From NCBI GenBank assembly GCA_039968605.1, contig JBDVPM010000008.1:1476968-1540967 (forward strand): a DNA stretch of 64,000 nucleotides. Direction: 5' to 3'. Below, in pieces: positions 54,487-64,000 of this stretch (position 1 is the stretch's first letter; each line of letters starts with the position of its first letter). The notes under the pieces were generated by a model. It saw only the letters and a list, made by a program, of their open reading frames with translations. It ran no database searches and was not told the origin of the DNA. The DNA comes from Alteripontixanthobacter sp. (GTDB lineage: Bacteria > Pseudomonadota > Alphaproteobacteria > Sphingomonadales > Sphingomonadaceae). The translations under genes and the position numbers were made by a program.

Positions 54487-54508
54487 CGGGGGTTCGGGCT
54501 CCAACCGG

Positions 54509-55885
54509 ATGTGGGGCGGACGCTTTGCCGAAGGGCCCAGCGCGATCATGCGCGAGATAAATGCCTCGATCCCGTTCGACAAGGCGCTGTGGCGGCAGGA
54601 TATCGCCGCCAGCCGCTCGCATGCCGCTATGCTGGCCGCGCAAGGGATCATCGGCGCCGCCGATGCGCAGGCGATCGACGAGGGGCTGCAGACCATTGCC
54701 GCCGAATATGAAACCGAAGGCGTTCCGGAAGACTGGGACCTGGAAGATATCCACATGACCGCCGAATCGCGCCTGACCGAGTTGATCGGTCCGGTGGCGG
54801 GCAGATTGCACACCGCGCGCAGCCGCAACGATCAGGTGGCGACCGATTTCAAGCTATGGGTGCGCGACACGCTCGACCAGACAGATGACGCGTTGGCCCA
54901 TCTGCAACGTGAACTGGTGCGCCGGGCGGGCGAACATGCCGCGTCGATCATGCCCGGCTTCACCCATCTGCAGACCGCGCAGCCGGTGACGCTGGGGCAT
55001 CATCTGATGGCCTATTTCGAGATGATCCAGCGCGACCGTTCGCGCTTTGCCGATGCGCGGGCACGGCTCAACCAGTCGCCGCTCGGCAGCGCGGCGCTGG
55101 CTGGAACGGGCTTTCCCATCGACCGGGACCGTACGGCGCGGGAATTGGGATTCGACCGCCCCACCGCCAACAGCCTGGACGCAGTGTCCGACCGCGATTT
55201 CGCGCTCGATTACCTGATGGCGGCGAGCCAGTGCGCGCTGCACCTTTCGCGGCTCGCAGAAGAATTGATCCTTTGGTCCAGCCAGCCTTTCGGCTTCGCC
55301 AAAATGCCGCATACGCTCAGCACCGGCAGCTCGATCATGCCGCAAAAGCAGAACCCCGATGCGGCGGAACTGGTGCGCGGCCATGCCGGGCGGATAATCG
55401 GCGCGGCAACCGCGTTGATGGTGACGATGAAGGGTCTGCCGCTCGCCTATTCCAAGGATATGCAGGACGACAAGCCGCCGGTATTCGAGGCTGCGGGCCT
55501 GCTGGGCCTGTCCATCGCGGCGATGACCGGAATGATTGCCGACTGCACCTTCGACACGGCGCGGATGCGGCAGGCGGCCGAGCTGGGCTATGCCACCGCG
55601 ACCGACCTCGCCGACTGGCTGGTGCGCGAGGCGGATATTCCGTTTCGCGAGGCGCATCACATAACCGGCGCGGCGGTGAAGCTGGCCGAAAGCAAGGGCT
55701 GCGCGCTGGACGCGCTCTCGCTGGCAGAATTGCAGGCGATCGACGGACGGATCGGGAATGCCGTGTTCGAAGCGCTGTCGGTCGATGCCTCGGTCGCCAG
55801 CCGCAACTCCTATGGCGGCACCGCGCCGGAGCGGGTAAGGCAGCAGGTGGCAGAAGCGCGCGAAGCATTGGGAATGGACGAATGA
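54509..55885 (+). CDS. argH: argininosuccinate lyase
   Basis: [21 protein letters not shown]... and the [12 protein letters not shown] signature. Trimmed from 54215..55885. Confidence 0.96.
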   Translation: MWGGRFAEGPSAIMREINASIPFDKALWRQDIAASRSHAAMLAAQGIIGAADAQAIDEGLQTIAAEYETEGVPEDWDLEDIHMTAESRLTELIGPVAGRLHTARSRNDQVATDFKLWVRDTLDQTDDALAHLQRELVRRAGEHAASIMPGFTHLQTAQPVTLGHHLMAYFEMIQRDRSRFADARARLNQSPLGSAALAGTGFPIDRDRTARELGFDRPTANSLDAVSDRDFALDYLMAASQCALHLSRLAEELILWSSQPFGFAKMPHTLSTGSSIMPQKQNPDAAELVRGHAGRIIGAATALMVTMKGLPLAYSKDMQDDKPPVFEAAGLLGLSIAAMTGMIADCTFDTARMRQAAELGYATATDLADWLVREADIPFREAHHITGAAVKLAESKGCALDALSLAELQAIDGRIGNAVFEALSVDASVASRNSYGGTAPERVRQQVAEAREALGMDE

Positions 55886-56133
55886 CCGGAACATCGAAGG
55901 GGCTCTGCGGAGGTGCGGCACTGTGCCTCGTCCTGGGTGCATGCGGCCAGAAGGCCGATCTCGAGCCGCTGGCGGGCGCGAGCCTGCCGCCGGCTCCCTA
56001 TGGCAGCGCCGCCCAGCCTTCGCCCGAAGAATTGCTCGATCTGGCGACTCTCGCCGCGCCCCAACGCAGCGTGGAACTGCGCCGCCGCTCGGAAGAGCGC
56101 GAAGACGATCCGTTCGACCTGCCGCCAGAATAA
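55882..56133 (+). CDS. small lipoprotein upstream of lysA (LptM/LppL-like position)
   Basis: 83 aa with lipobox LVLGAC. The ATG overlaps the argH stop (ATGA). A small lipoprotein directly before lysA is a known arrangement (e.g. lppL-lysA in Pseudomonas). Confidence 0.6.
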   Translation: MTGTSKGLCGGAALCLVLGACGQKADLEPLAGASLPPAPYGSAAQPSPEELLDLATLAAPQRSVELRRRSEEREDDPFDLPPE

Positions 56134-56145
56134 TCGCCGCAACAG

Positions 56146-57417
56146 ATGGATCATTTTACTCCCCGCAGCGGCATTCTCCATGCCGAAGACGTGCCGATGC
56201 CCACGATTGCAGAGGCTGTCGGCACGCCGGTCTATGTCTATTCGCGCGCCACGCTGGAACGCCATGCCCGCGTGTTTCGCGATTCGCTGGATGGGCTGGC
56301 CCGGAACGGACAAGCGCCGCTGGTCGCCTATTCGGTCAAATCCAACCCAAACCTTGCGGTACTCAAGGTGCTGCAAAAGCAGGGTTTCGGTGCCGATGTG
56401 GTGTCGGGCGGCGAATTGACCCGCGCTCTGGCAGCCGGTTTCGCGCCGCAGGACATCGTGTTTTCGGGGGTCGGCAAAACCCGGGCCGAACTGGAACTCG
56501 GGCTCGACAAATCGATCGGGCAATTCAACATAGAATCCTCCGAAGAGGGGCGAGAGCTGGCCGAACTGGCGGCTGCGCGCGGCCAGAACGCCCCGGCGGT
56601 GCTGCGCGTCAATCCCGATGTCGATGCCAAAACGCATGAAAAAATCTCCACCGGCAAGGCTGAGAACAAATTCGGCGTACCTCTGATCCGGGCGGCGCAA
56701 GTCTATGGCGAGCTGGCGGGGCTGGATGGGCTGAACCTGCGCGGTATCGCGATCCATATCGGTAGCCAGCTGACCACTCTTGAGCCGCTGGAAACGGCCT
56801 TTGCCAAGGTCGAGACGCTGATCGCGGAACTGCGCGCCGACGGCCACACCATCACCCATGTCGATCTGGGCGGCGGGCTGGGCGTTCCTTACGAGCCGCA
56901 TGACAACCCGCCCTTGCCTGCGGAATATGGCGCGATGGTGCAGCGCGCAACCGAGGGCTGGGATGTCCGGCTGATTTTCGAACCCGGCCGCGTGATCGCG
57001 GGCAATGCGGGCGTCCTGCTGACCCGCGTGGTTCGCGTCAAGCGCGGCGGCAACGGGCCGCCTTTCGTGATCGTGGATGCGGCGATGAACGACCTTGCCC
57101 GCCCGGCACTTTACGGCGCCTATCATGCCTTCGAAGCGGTCGAGCCGACGGGTGAGAGAATGACCGCCAACATCGTCGGCCCGATTTGCGAAACCGGCGA
57201 TACTTTCGCGACCGACCGCGAAGTACAGGCAGTTGCATCGGGCGACCTGGCGGTATTCCGCACCGCTGGGGCTTATGGAGCAACCATGGCCAGCAGCTAC
57301 AATTCGCGCGGCTTCGTGGCCGAGGTGATGGTCGATGGCGACAAGTTCGCCGTGGTCGCCGACCGCATCGACGCGGCCGCCATCCTGGATGCCGAGCGCG
57401 TTCCGGACTGGTTGTAG
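56146..57417 (+). CDS. lysA: diaminopimelate decarboxylase
   Basis: 423 aa. YSVKSNPN PLP-lysine region, HIGSQ, and an EPGR..AG motif. Confidence 0.95.
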   Translation: MDHFTPRSGILHAEDVPMPTIAEAVGTPVYVYSRATLERHARVFRDSLDGLARNGQAPLVAYSVKSNPNLAVLKVLQKQGFGADVVSGGELTRALAAGFAPQDIVFSGVGKTRAELELGLDKSIGQFNIESSEEGRELAELAAARGQNAPAVLRVNPDVDAKTHEKISTGKAENKFGVPLIRAAQVYGELAGLDGLNLRGIAIHIGSQLTTLEPLETAFAKVETLIAELRADGHTITHVDLGGGLGVPYEPHDNPPLPAEYGAMVQRATEGWDVRLIFEPGRVIAGNAGVLLTRVVRVKRGGNGPPFVIVDAAMNDLARPALYGAYHAFEAVEPTGERMTANIVGPICETGDTFATDREVQAVASGDLAVFRTAGAYGATMASSYNSRGFVAEVMVDGDKFAVVADRIDAAAILDAERVPDWL

Positions 57418-57426
57418 GAGGCAGGC

Positions 57427-58209
57427 GTGGCGCTGCATTCGCTCCCGCTGTTTCACCGCCTGTCCGGCACCCGCGTGGTGGTGGTTGGCAGCGGCGACAT
57501 GGCCGAGGCCAAGGCGCGGCTGGTGGAGCGCGCGGGCGGCATACCCTGCGCCGAGACCGAGGCGCATCATGCCGCCATCGCGTTCGTCGCATTGGAGGAT
57601 GAACGCGCCGCCACCGCTGCGGCGCTGCGGCTGAAACGGCTCGGCCTGCTGGTTAACGTCGCGGACATGCCCGAGCTGTGCGACTTCACCCTGCCCAGCA
57701 TATTGGAGCGTGATCCGGTGCTGGTGGCGGTGAGCACCGGGGGCGCGTCTGCCGGTCTGGCAAAGCAATTGCGGCTGCGGCTGGAGCGCTGGCTGCCAGC
57801 ATCGCTCGGCGCGCTGGCGGCCGGACTAGGCGAAGCGCGCGAGGCGGTTCGCTCGCGTTATCCAGACGGGGCGCAGCGGCGGCGGGCGCTCGATACCGCG
57901 CTTGGTGAAAACGGGGCGCTGGATTTGGCGCAGGACAATTCGGCGCAGAGAATAGGCCACTGGCTGGCGCAAGACGACGCCCCGCGCCGAACCGGCTTGG
58001 CTGAATTCACGCTATCCAGCATGGATGCCGAGGATTTAACTCTGCGCCAGGCGCGCCTATTGGGCGAAGCCGATACCGTGTGGCACGATCCTGCCATCCC
58101 GGATGCCATTCTCATCCGGGCGCGGGCGGATGCGGTGCGGCGCGAGTTGGGGCCGGAACTGCCGAAGGCAGCCGAAGGCAAGCTGACCGTGATTCTACGG
58201 CGCGGTTAG
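57427..58209 (+). CDS. siroheme synthase N-terminal-type protein (precorrin-2 dehydrogenase/ferrochelatase-like) with degenerate methyltransferase stub
   Basis: LPLFHRLSGTRVVVVGSGDMAEAKARLV is a CysG-N/Met8-like Rossmann start. The C-terminal ~60 aa resemble the beginning of a TP-methylase domain but lack the GAGPGD motif. Confidence 0.7.
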   Translation: MALHSLPLFHRLSGTRVVVVGSGDMAEAKARLVERAGGIPCAETEAHHAAIAFVALEDERAATAAALRLKRLGLLVNVADMPELCDFTLPSILERDPVLVAVSTGGASAGLAKQLRLRLERWLPASLGALAAGLGEAREAVRSRYPDGAQRRRALDTALGENGALDLAQDNSAQRIGHWLAQDDAPRRTGLAEFTLSSMDAEDLTLRQARLLGEADTVWHDPAIPDAILIRARADAVRRELGPELPKAAEGKLTVILRRG

Positions 58210-59168
58210 ATCACCCCGCCAACCTTTTCGCTGGCTATCTCGGCGAAATAGCGGGCCATGCCGTCCACCGCCCGGTCGCTCAGCCTGATAAAGGCGCGGC
58301 GCTTGTCGGCGCTGTCCTGCACCCGTTCCAGCAGCCCTGCTTCCACCATCTGCGTGATCCAGCGCAAGGCGGTAGTCGGCGGTACGCCCGATGCGATGCA
58401 GAGCGAGGTTATCGACACGCGCTTATGCTCTGCATGGGCGGCAGTTAGATCCAGCAGCATGTCCCACGCCGGATCGGCGAACAACTCCTCTCCGAAGAAT
58501 TTCGCACGCGCCTGTCGCTGGCGGATGATCGAACGGATGAGGCGCGGATCGGGCAGCGTCGCTCGCTTGCGTGCAGCGGCGGGGCCATCGCCCGGCTGAC
58601 CGTGATTGAATTCCTGTTCCGGTGAGTTGAACCGGAACGCACTGGTGGATGACCGGTCGCCGCTTTCCAGCCCGTCCAACCGCTCCGCAATGCGGTTGAC
58701 CTGCTCGGCCAACCGAAACATTTCCAATCGGTCCCCTTCCGACAAATCGCGCACACCCATGCGCCCGAGTGACGATAATAAACCGCCAAGCGCAATTACG
58801 CGTTCACCCCTAGTCGGATCGACCAGCAGCGGAATATCCCCATGAGGAAGGCTGGCATAAACCGTCTCCAGCGCATCCAGCGTGGTGGAAACCAGCAACC
58901 CACCGCCATTATCGGCAGCGCGGGTCGCCAGCCTGCCCAACGCCGCAATCGCTGCCTCGTCATCGGTTGGACAATCGACCAGCACGACATCGCCAGTCGC
59001 CAGTTCGCCATTTTCGCCCTCGCCCAAGGCCCCTTCGTGAGCGATCCTCAGCCCAGCTGCGCGGGCATCTTCGGCCAATTCCGCGCGCAGCCAGCTCCGC
59101 GAGGCAACGATAGTGCAGCAGCGTGCCGAGCGGCTGGCAGGTTCATACTCAAAATGCGCTTGCGACAT
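58206..59168 (-). CDS. winged-helix (MarR-like) DNA-binding protein with N-terminal receiver-like domain
   Basis: The C-terminus (SITSLCIASGVPPTTALRWITQMVEAGLLERVQDSADKRRAFIRLS) is a wHTH. The N-terminal ~120 aa have an alternating beta/alpha pattern. Confidence 0.65.
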   Translation of the reverse strand: MSQAHFEYEPASRSARCCTIVASRSWLRAELAEDARAAGLRIAHEGALGEGENGELATGDVVLVDCPTDDEAAIAALGRLATRAADNGGGLLVSTTLDALETVYASLPHGDIPLLVDPTRGERVIALGGLLSSLGRMGVRDLSEGDRLEMFRLAEQVNRIAERLDGLESGDRSSTSAFRFNSPEQEFNHGQPGDGPAAARKRATLPDPRLIRSIIRQRQARAKFFGEELFADPAWDMLLDLTAAHAEHKRVSITSLCIASGVPPTTALRWITQMVEAGLLERVQDSADKRRAFIRLSDRAVDGMARYFAEIASEKVGGVI

Positions 59169-59237
59169 TGCGCTGCTCCCCCATTTCGGAACAGGAGTAG
59201 AACGTGGGAGGACCGAGTCAAGCCGCTTCGAGGTTGA

Positions 59238-59735
59238 TCAGGGACGTATTTCTATCGGTGTCCCATCGGGGATCAATCGCCATAATTGCTCCATCTCCGC
59301 ATTGGTTACGGCGATGCAGCCATCGGTCCAGTCGCCCGGCATCGTGCCAACGCGAAGCCAGTTTGGCTGGCCGTGGATAAAAATATCTCCGCCCGGATCG
59401 CCTCCGAGCGACGCCGCCAGCTCACGGTCGGCCGCGTTCGGGTAGGAGATACGCAAACTGAGATGATAGGCGCTGTTCGGATTGCGCGTATCGATGGTGT
59501 AGCGGCCTTCGGGAGTACGCTCGTCGCCCTCGAACCGTTTGTGTCCAAGCGGGGCGTCACCAAAAGCGAGATCGCCATAGGCCGCGATTTGCTGCCCCCC
59601 GCGATAGAGGGTCAGCGTGCGGTCGGACTTGTCGACCAGCACGAAATTGGCGATCAATGGCGGCGGCAACGCGTCCGGCCCCGCCGGGGCGCAGGCGGCG
59701 ACGAACAATAGCAGGAGCGGCCAGAGGATGCGCAT
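59238..59735 (-). CDS. L,D-transpeptidase (YkuD) family lipoprotein
   Basis: Lipobox LFVAAC and catalytic region FIHGQPNW...DGCIAVTNAEMEQLW. Confidence 0.85.
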   Translation of the reverse strand: MRILWPLLLLFVAACAPAGPDALPPPLIANFVLVDKSDRTLTLYRGGQQIAAYGDLAFGDAPLGHKRFEGDERTPEGRYTIDTRNPNSAYHLSLRISYPNAADRELAASLGGDPGGDIFIHGQPNWLRVGTMPGDWTDGCIAVTNAEMEQLWRLIPDGTPIEIRP

Positions 59736-59763
59736 GAATGCCTTCTAGCCTATTACCGCCTGC

Positions 59764-61068
59764 TCAATCCATGAACGGATCGCGCACCAGGATCGTGTCG
59801 TCGCGTTCGGGCGAAGTGCTCACCAGCGCTACCGGCGTTTCGATCAGTTCCTGCACCCGCTGGATATATTTGATCGCCGCTGCCGGAAGGTCCGCCCAAC
59901 TGCGGGCGCCGGCGGTGGTTTCCTGCCAGCCGTCCAGTTCCTCGTAAATCGGCTCGACCCGCGCCTGATCGCCGGCGTGGCTAGGGAAATAGTCGAGGAT
60001 CTTGCCGTCGAGGCGGTAGCCGGTACAGATTCTTACGGTCTCGAACCCGTCCAGCACGTCCACCTTGGTCAGCGCGATACCGGTCACGCCGCTGATCGCG
60101 CAGCTTTGCCGCACCAGCACCGCATCGAACCAGCCGCAGCGCCGCTGCCGCCCGGTGACAGTGCCGAATTCGTGGCCGCGCTCGCCCAGCCGCTGGCCGA
60201 CATCCGCTTCTCCACTGTCCGGGCCAAGCTCGGTCGGGAACGGACCGCTGCCGACGCGGGTGGTATAGGCCTTTACGATACCCAGCACGAAGCCGGTCGA
60301 GTTCGGCCCCAGCCCGCTGCCGCTCGCCGCCGTACCGCTGACGGTGTTCGAACTGGTGACGAAGGGATAGGTGCCGTGATCGACATCCAGCAGCACACCC
60401 TGCGCGCCCTCGAACAGAATCTTCGCGCCCGCCTTGCGCACTTTTTTCAGACGTTTCCAAACCGGCTGCGCATATTGCAGCACGAAACCGGCAATATCGC
60501 GCAATTCATTCAACAGCGCCTCGCGGTCCACCGGCGGCTGATCGAAACCGGCGCGCAAGGCATCGTGATGCGCACACAGCCGGTCGAGCTGCGGCTCCAG
60601 ATGATCGAGATGCGCCAGGTCGCACACGCGAATCGCGCGGCGGCCGACCTTGTCTTCGTATGCCGGACCGATGCCGCGCCCGGTGGTCCCGATCTTTCCG
60701 CTGCCCGCCGCCGTTTCACGCAGGCCGTCGAGGTCGCGGTGGATCGGCAGGATCAGCGGACAGTTATCGGCGATGGCGAAATTCTCGGTGTTGATCACCA
60801 CGCCTTGGCCTTCCAGCTTCTCGATTTCCGCTTTCAGCGCCCACGGATCCAGCACCACGCCGTTGCCGATAATGGAAAGGGTGCCGGTCACGATGCCGCT
60901 GGGCAGCAGGCTCAGCTTGTAGACAGTCTCCCCCACCACCAGCGTGTGTCCGGCGTTGTGGCCGCCCTGGAAGCGCACCACGGCATCGGCGCGGCTGGCG
61001 AGCCAGTCGACGATCTTGCCCTTGCCTTCATCGCCCCATTGGGCACCGATTACGGTTACGTTGGCCAT
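59764..61068 (-). CDS. purA: adenylosuccinate synthase
   Basis: [23 protein letters not shown]... 434 aa. Confidence 0.97.
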   Translation of the reverse strand: MANVTVIGAQWGDEGKGKIVDWLASRADAVVRFQGGHNAGHTLVVGETVYKLSLLPSGIVTGTLSIIGNGVVLDPWALKAEIEKLEGQGVVINTENFAIADNCPLILPIHRDLDGLRETAAGSGKIGTTGRGIGPAYEDKVGRRAIRVCDLAHLDHLEPQLDRLCAHHDALRAGFDQPPVDREALLNELRDIAGFVLQYAQPVWKRLKKVRKAGAKILFEGAQGVLLDVDHGTYPFVTSSNTVSGTAASGSGLGPNSTGFVLGIVKAYTTRVGSGPFPTELGPDSGEADVGQRLGERGHEFGTVTGRQRRCGWFDAVLVRQSCAISGVTGIALTKVDVLDGFETVRICTGYRLDGKILDYFPSHAGDQARVEPIYEELDGWQETTAGARSWADLPAAAIKYIQRVQELIETPVALVSTSPERDDTILVRDPFMD

Positions 61069-61256
61069 AGTTTCACCTGTCCCCCTGCCCGGGAGATCCT
61101 CTCACATCCTTCGACAGGACTCGACGCGTAGGATTGTAAATGGGGGGAGCGGATGCACCCCCGTTTTGCGAGGCGCGGAGTAGTTGCCCGCGCGCGGGCG
61201 GTCAAGCAGGCAGGTGGTGGAAACGCAGCCCACAAGTGCTATCTGACAGGGCAATC

Positions 61257-62258
61257 ATGTCATCCGAAACCCTCCCCATCCGTATCGCCGCGCTCTACCA
61301 GTTCACGCGGTTTGCCGATCCGGCATCGCTGAAACCCGCATTGCTCGCCGCTGGCGATGCCGGGGAAGACGCTGGGGGCGTAAAAGGCACGCTGCTGCTC
61401 GCGCCGGAAGGGATAAACGGCACGATTGCTGGCGACGACGCCGCGGTCGAAGCGGTGCTGGATCACATTCGCGGATTGTCGGGCTGCGAGGCACTGGAAG
61501 TAAAGGAATCGCGCGCCGCAAAGCCGCCTTTCCTGCGCTTCAAGGTGCGGATCAAGAAAGAGATCGTCACGATGCACCAGCCGGACCTCGACCCGGTCGG
61601 CAATGTCGGCACCTATGTCGATCCGCATGACTGGAATGCGCTGATAGCGGACCCGGACACGATCGTGATCGATACGCGCAATGATTACGAGGTCGCCATC
61701 GGCACGTTCGATGGCGCGATCGACCCGCAAACCGCGACATTCGGCGATTTCCCGGAGTGGTTTCGCAAGCGTCGCGCGGAGCTGGACGCACCGAAAATCG
61801 CCATGTTCTGCACCGGCGGTATACGCTGCGAGAAGGCGACCGCGTTTCTGAAGTCGGAAGGGGTGGAGGAAGTCTATCACCTCAAGGGCGGGATTTTGAA
61901 ATATCTCGAAAACGTCCCCGAAGACGAGAGTCGCTGGCAGGGCGAATGTTTCGTGTTCGACGACCGGGTGGCGGTGAGACACGCGCTGGAACGTGGGACG
62001 CATAGGCTGTGCCGCGCCTGCCGGATGCCGCTAAGCCCGGCTCAGCGCACTTCGGAGCATTATATCGAGGGGGTGGCGTGCGAATATTGCCACACCAGCC
62101 GCACCGATGAGCAGCGCACCCGCTATGCCGAACGCCAACGGCAGGAGGAGTTGGCCTCGAAGCGGGGCCTGGATCATCTGGGGGCGAAATTACCCGAAAA
62201 GCCTGCCTCACCGCGCGATCCGATGGACGACCTGCTTACGGATCTGTTCGATGACTGA
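61257..62258 (+). CDS. trhO: rhodanese-related sulfurtransferase / tRNA U34 hydroxylase (UPF0176)
   Basis: [10 protein letters not shown]...[16 protein letters not shown], a rhodanese [10 protein letters not shown] loop, and a C-terminal Cys cluster. ATG at 61257 within the 61140..62258 ORF. Confidence 0.88.
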   Translation: MSSETLPIRIAALYQFTRFADPASLKPALLAAGDAGEDAGGVKGTLLLAPEGINGTIAGDDAAVEAVLDHIRGLSGCEALEVKESRAAKPPFLRFKVRIKKEIVTMHQPDLDPVGNVGTYVDPHDWNALIADPDTIVIDTRNDYEVAIGTFDGAIDPQTATFGDFPEWFRKRRAELDAPKIAMFCTGGIRCEKATAFLKSEGVEEVYHLKGGILKYLENVPEDESRWQGECFVFDDRVAVRHALERGTHRLCRACRMPLSPAQRTSEHYIEGVACEYCHTSRTDEQRTRYAERQRQEELASKRGLDHLGAKLPEKPASPRDPMDDLLTDLFDD

Positions 62259-62883
62259 TCCAGCCGCCCTGCCCATTCTCTACAGCTTCCGCCGCTGTCC
62301 CTATGCGATGCGGGCGCGGATGGCGCTGCACATTGCGCAGATAGAATTGAAACATCGCGAGGTGGTGTTGCGCGACAAGCCGCCGGAAATGCTCGAAGTG
62401 TCGCCAAAGGGAACGGTTCCTGTCCTGGTTCTGCCCGGCGGCGAAGTGCTGGAGGAAAGCCTCGAGATCATGCGCTGGGCGCTGGCCCGCAGCGATCCCG
62501 AAAGCTGGCTGGAACGCGATGGCGCGGCGCTGATCGAAACAATCGACGGTCCGTTCAAACACCATCTCGACCGATATAAATACGATACGCGCTATGCAGA
62601 TGCGGATTGCGAGGAACATCGTGCCGCCGCCGCGCAAATCCTGCGCGGCATGGATGAACGGCTGTCGCAGACGGCCAACCTATCGGGCGCAGCGCGGGGC
62701 CTGACGGATATCGCAACATTCCCCTTCATCCGCCAGTTTGCCAATCACGACCGCGACTGGTTCGACGCGCAGCCCTGGCCGCATCTGCTTCGCTGGCTGG
62801 ACGCGCACCTTGGCTCGCAGCTATTCGCAGACATCATGGTGAAGCGCGAACAATGGCACGCTGCGGAGCATGGTGCAGCCTAA
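62251..62883 (+). CDS. glutathione S-transferase family protein
   Basis: [18 protein letters not shown]...SPKGTVPVL is a GST N-terminal/thioredoxin-like fold. Overlaps the trhO stop by 8 nt. Confidence 0.8.
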   Translation: MTDPAALPILYSFRRCPYAMRARMALHIAQIELKHREVVLRDKPPEMLEVSPKGTVPVLVLPGGEVLEESLEIMRWALARSDPESWLERDGAALIETIDGPFKHHLDRYKYDTRYADADCEEHRAAAAQILRGMDERLSQTANLSGAARGLTDIATFPFIRQFANHDRDWFDAQPWPHLLRWLDAHLGSQLFADIMVKREQWHAAEHGAA

Positions 62884-63992
62884 AGCTCGCGAATTTCGCT
62901 GCCTTCCAGGCGGTGGGTGGCGCCCAGCGCCGCCGGATCGTCACTTTCGGCCAGCGCCTCGACGCTGCGCCAGCCCTCTGCGCGCAAGCGGTTCGCTTCG
63001 CTGCGGTCATGGCCGAGTGGGAGGAACAACAATGCGCGCGCAGCCTGCTGCGGCAGCGCATCCAGCAGCGGTTCGAGATAGAGCGAGAAGCCCGTAGCAC
63101 GCTCCCCGGTGCCGGCAATCGCATAGGTCCCGCCGCGCCCGATGGCCCGGCGGCTACCCTCGGCATAAATCGTGAAACCGAACCAGTTCTGATATTCGAA
63201 GCCGTGCCGTTCGGTAGGATCGAGCGTCAGCCGGGCGCGATCGCCAACTCGCCCTGCCACCGATTTCAACCCGTCGATCCGGCTGGCAAGCGCGCCTCCC
63301 GCATCGATTTCGGCCAGCCGCTCGATCGCCTGGTCTAGCGGGCCGGTCGCGTGGATCAGCGGCAAATAGGCCGCGCCGCCCGCTTGCGACAGACCGCCCG
63401 CATCCTTCGTATCGAGCTCCCGCCGAACAGCGGCCACCTGGTTCTGATCCAGCGGGAAAGCGTCCCGGCTCAGCACATCGACCAGGTCGGGTAGCGTGAA
63501 ATCGACCGAAATCCCTCGCGCGCCCGCAGCTTCCAGCGCCGCGATAGCCAGCACGACCGCCTCGCCAGCCGCCGCAACCGTATCGCTGCCGATCAGCTCC
63601 GCACCGATCTGGAAGCGTTGGCGCGCCGGGTCGAGCTGGTCCGCGCGGATAATCGCGACTTCCCCGGCGTAGCACAGCCGCAACGGGCGCGGCGCACCGG
63701 CCATGCTGGTTGCGGCGATACGGCCCACTTGCGGCGTGATATCGCTGCGTAGCGCCAGCGTGCCGAGGCTGGCCGGATCGGTGAAGCGAAACTGGCGCCG
63801 CGACTGGCCGCGTCCATCGGCCATACGTCCGGCCAGCGACCGTTCGAATTCCACCAGCGGCGGCCGCACCCGGTCGTAACCATGCGCATCCATCGCGCCC
63901 AGAACCGCGCGCATTGCAGCGGTGGCCTTCGCGGCGGTTTCGGGTAGCTGGTCTTCCAGCCCTTCGGGCAGCAGATCGTCGGTCTGAATCAT
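62880..63992 (-). CDS. hisZ: ATP phosphoribosyltransferase regulatory subunit
   Basis: LLPEGLEDQLPETA... is an N-terminal HisRS-like fold without an anticodon domain. 370 aa. Confidence 0.88.
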   Translation of the reverse strand: MIQTDDLLPEGLEDQLPETAAKATAAMRAVLGAMDAHGYDRVRPPLVEFERSLAGRMADGRGQSRRQFRFTDPASLGTLALRSDITPQVGRIAATSMAGAPRPLRLCYAGEVAIIRADQLDPARQRFQIGAELIGSDTVAAAGEAVVLAIAALEAAGARGISVDFTLPDLVDVLSRDAFPLDQNQVAAVRRELDTKDAGGLSQAGGAAYLPLIHATGPLDQAIERLAEIDAGGALASRIDGLKSVAGRVGDRARLTLDPTERHGFEYQNWFGFTIYAEGSRRAIGRGGTYAIAGTGERATGFSLYLEPLLDALPQQAARALLFLPLGHDRSEANRLRAEGWRSVEALAESDDPAALGATHRLEGSEIREL

Positions 63993-64000
63993 GGTGCGGC

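Noticed and set aside
53908-54828. Mutually overlapping long ORFs 53908..54828 (-) and 54215..55885 (+)
   Set aside because: Both have internal start codons that fit the known protein N-termini: the TlpA lipoprotein signal at 54486 and argH MWGGRF at 54509. The extensions are antisense read-through.
55810-57768. 652-aa minus-strand ORF antisense to lysA and the small lipoprotein gene
   Set aside because: It is a shadow ORF opposite clearly identified genes, with a low-complexity translation.

Overview
This is a GC-rich chromosomal window that looks alphaproteobacterial. The protein sequences resemble Sphingomonadales/Erythrobacteraceae, but that placement is inferred from the translations, not from a search. 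About two thirds of the window is core genome. On the + strand: the 3' end of sucD, then sucA-sucB-lpdA and a few small membrane or enzyme genes. On the - strand: an almost complete str/S10/spc/alpha ribosomal-protein supercluster (rpsL-rpsG-fusA-tuf-rpsJ ... rplO-secY-adk ... rpsM-rpsK-rpoA-rplQ). The 3' third carries housekeeping genes: tRNA-Val, argH, lysA, purA, trhO and hisZ. Accessory-looking content sits in three places. (1) 9.1-10.6 kb holds two tandem paralogous Arg/Asp/Tyr-rich exported proteins, one with a leader that can sequester its Shine-Dalgarno. (2) ~36.6-38.15 kb is a visibly AT-richer islet encoding a tail-anchored LuxR-type HTH protein plus two unknown, translationally coupled ORFs. 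It is wedged between a yaiI-like gene and thiC, and thiC carries a TPP riboswitch. (3) 40.4-53.2 kb holds a YadA-type trimeric autotransporter adhesin, a four-gene cluster (exported protein, two membrane proteins, 4xEF-hand protein) and a run of secreted peptidases and hydrolases. The ribosomal cluster has several oddities: gdhA plus an SRPBCC gene inserted between adk and rpsM; an 86-nt perfect hairpin between rpsL and rpsG; a 240-nt structured spacer between rpsJ and rplC; and long low-complexity extensions on S5 and L3. I saw no CRISPR array, transposase, integrase or recognisable defence or toxin-antitoxin genes. The best candidate for an undescribed system is the LuxR-TM three-gene islet, and that is a hypothesis based on sequence reading only.
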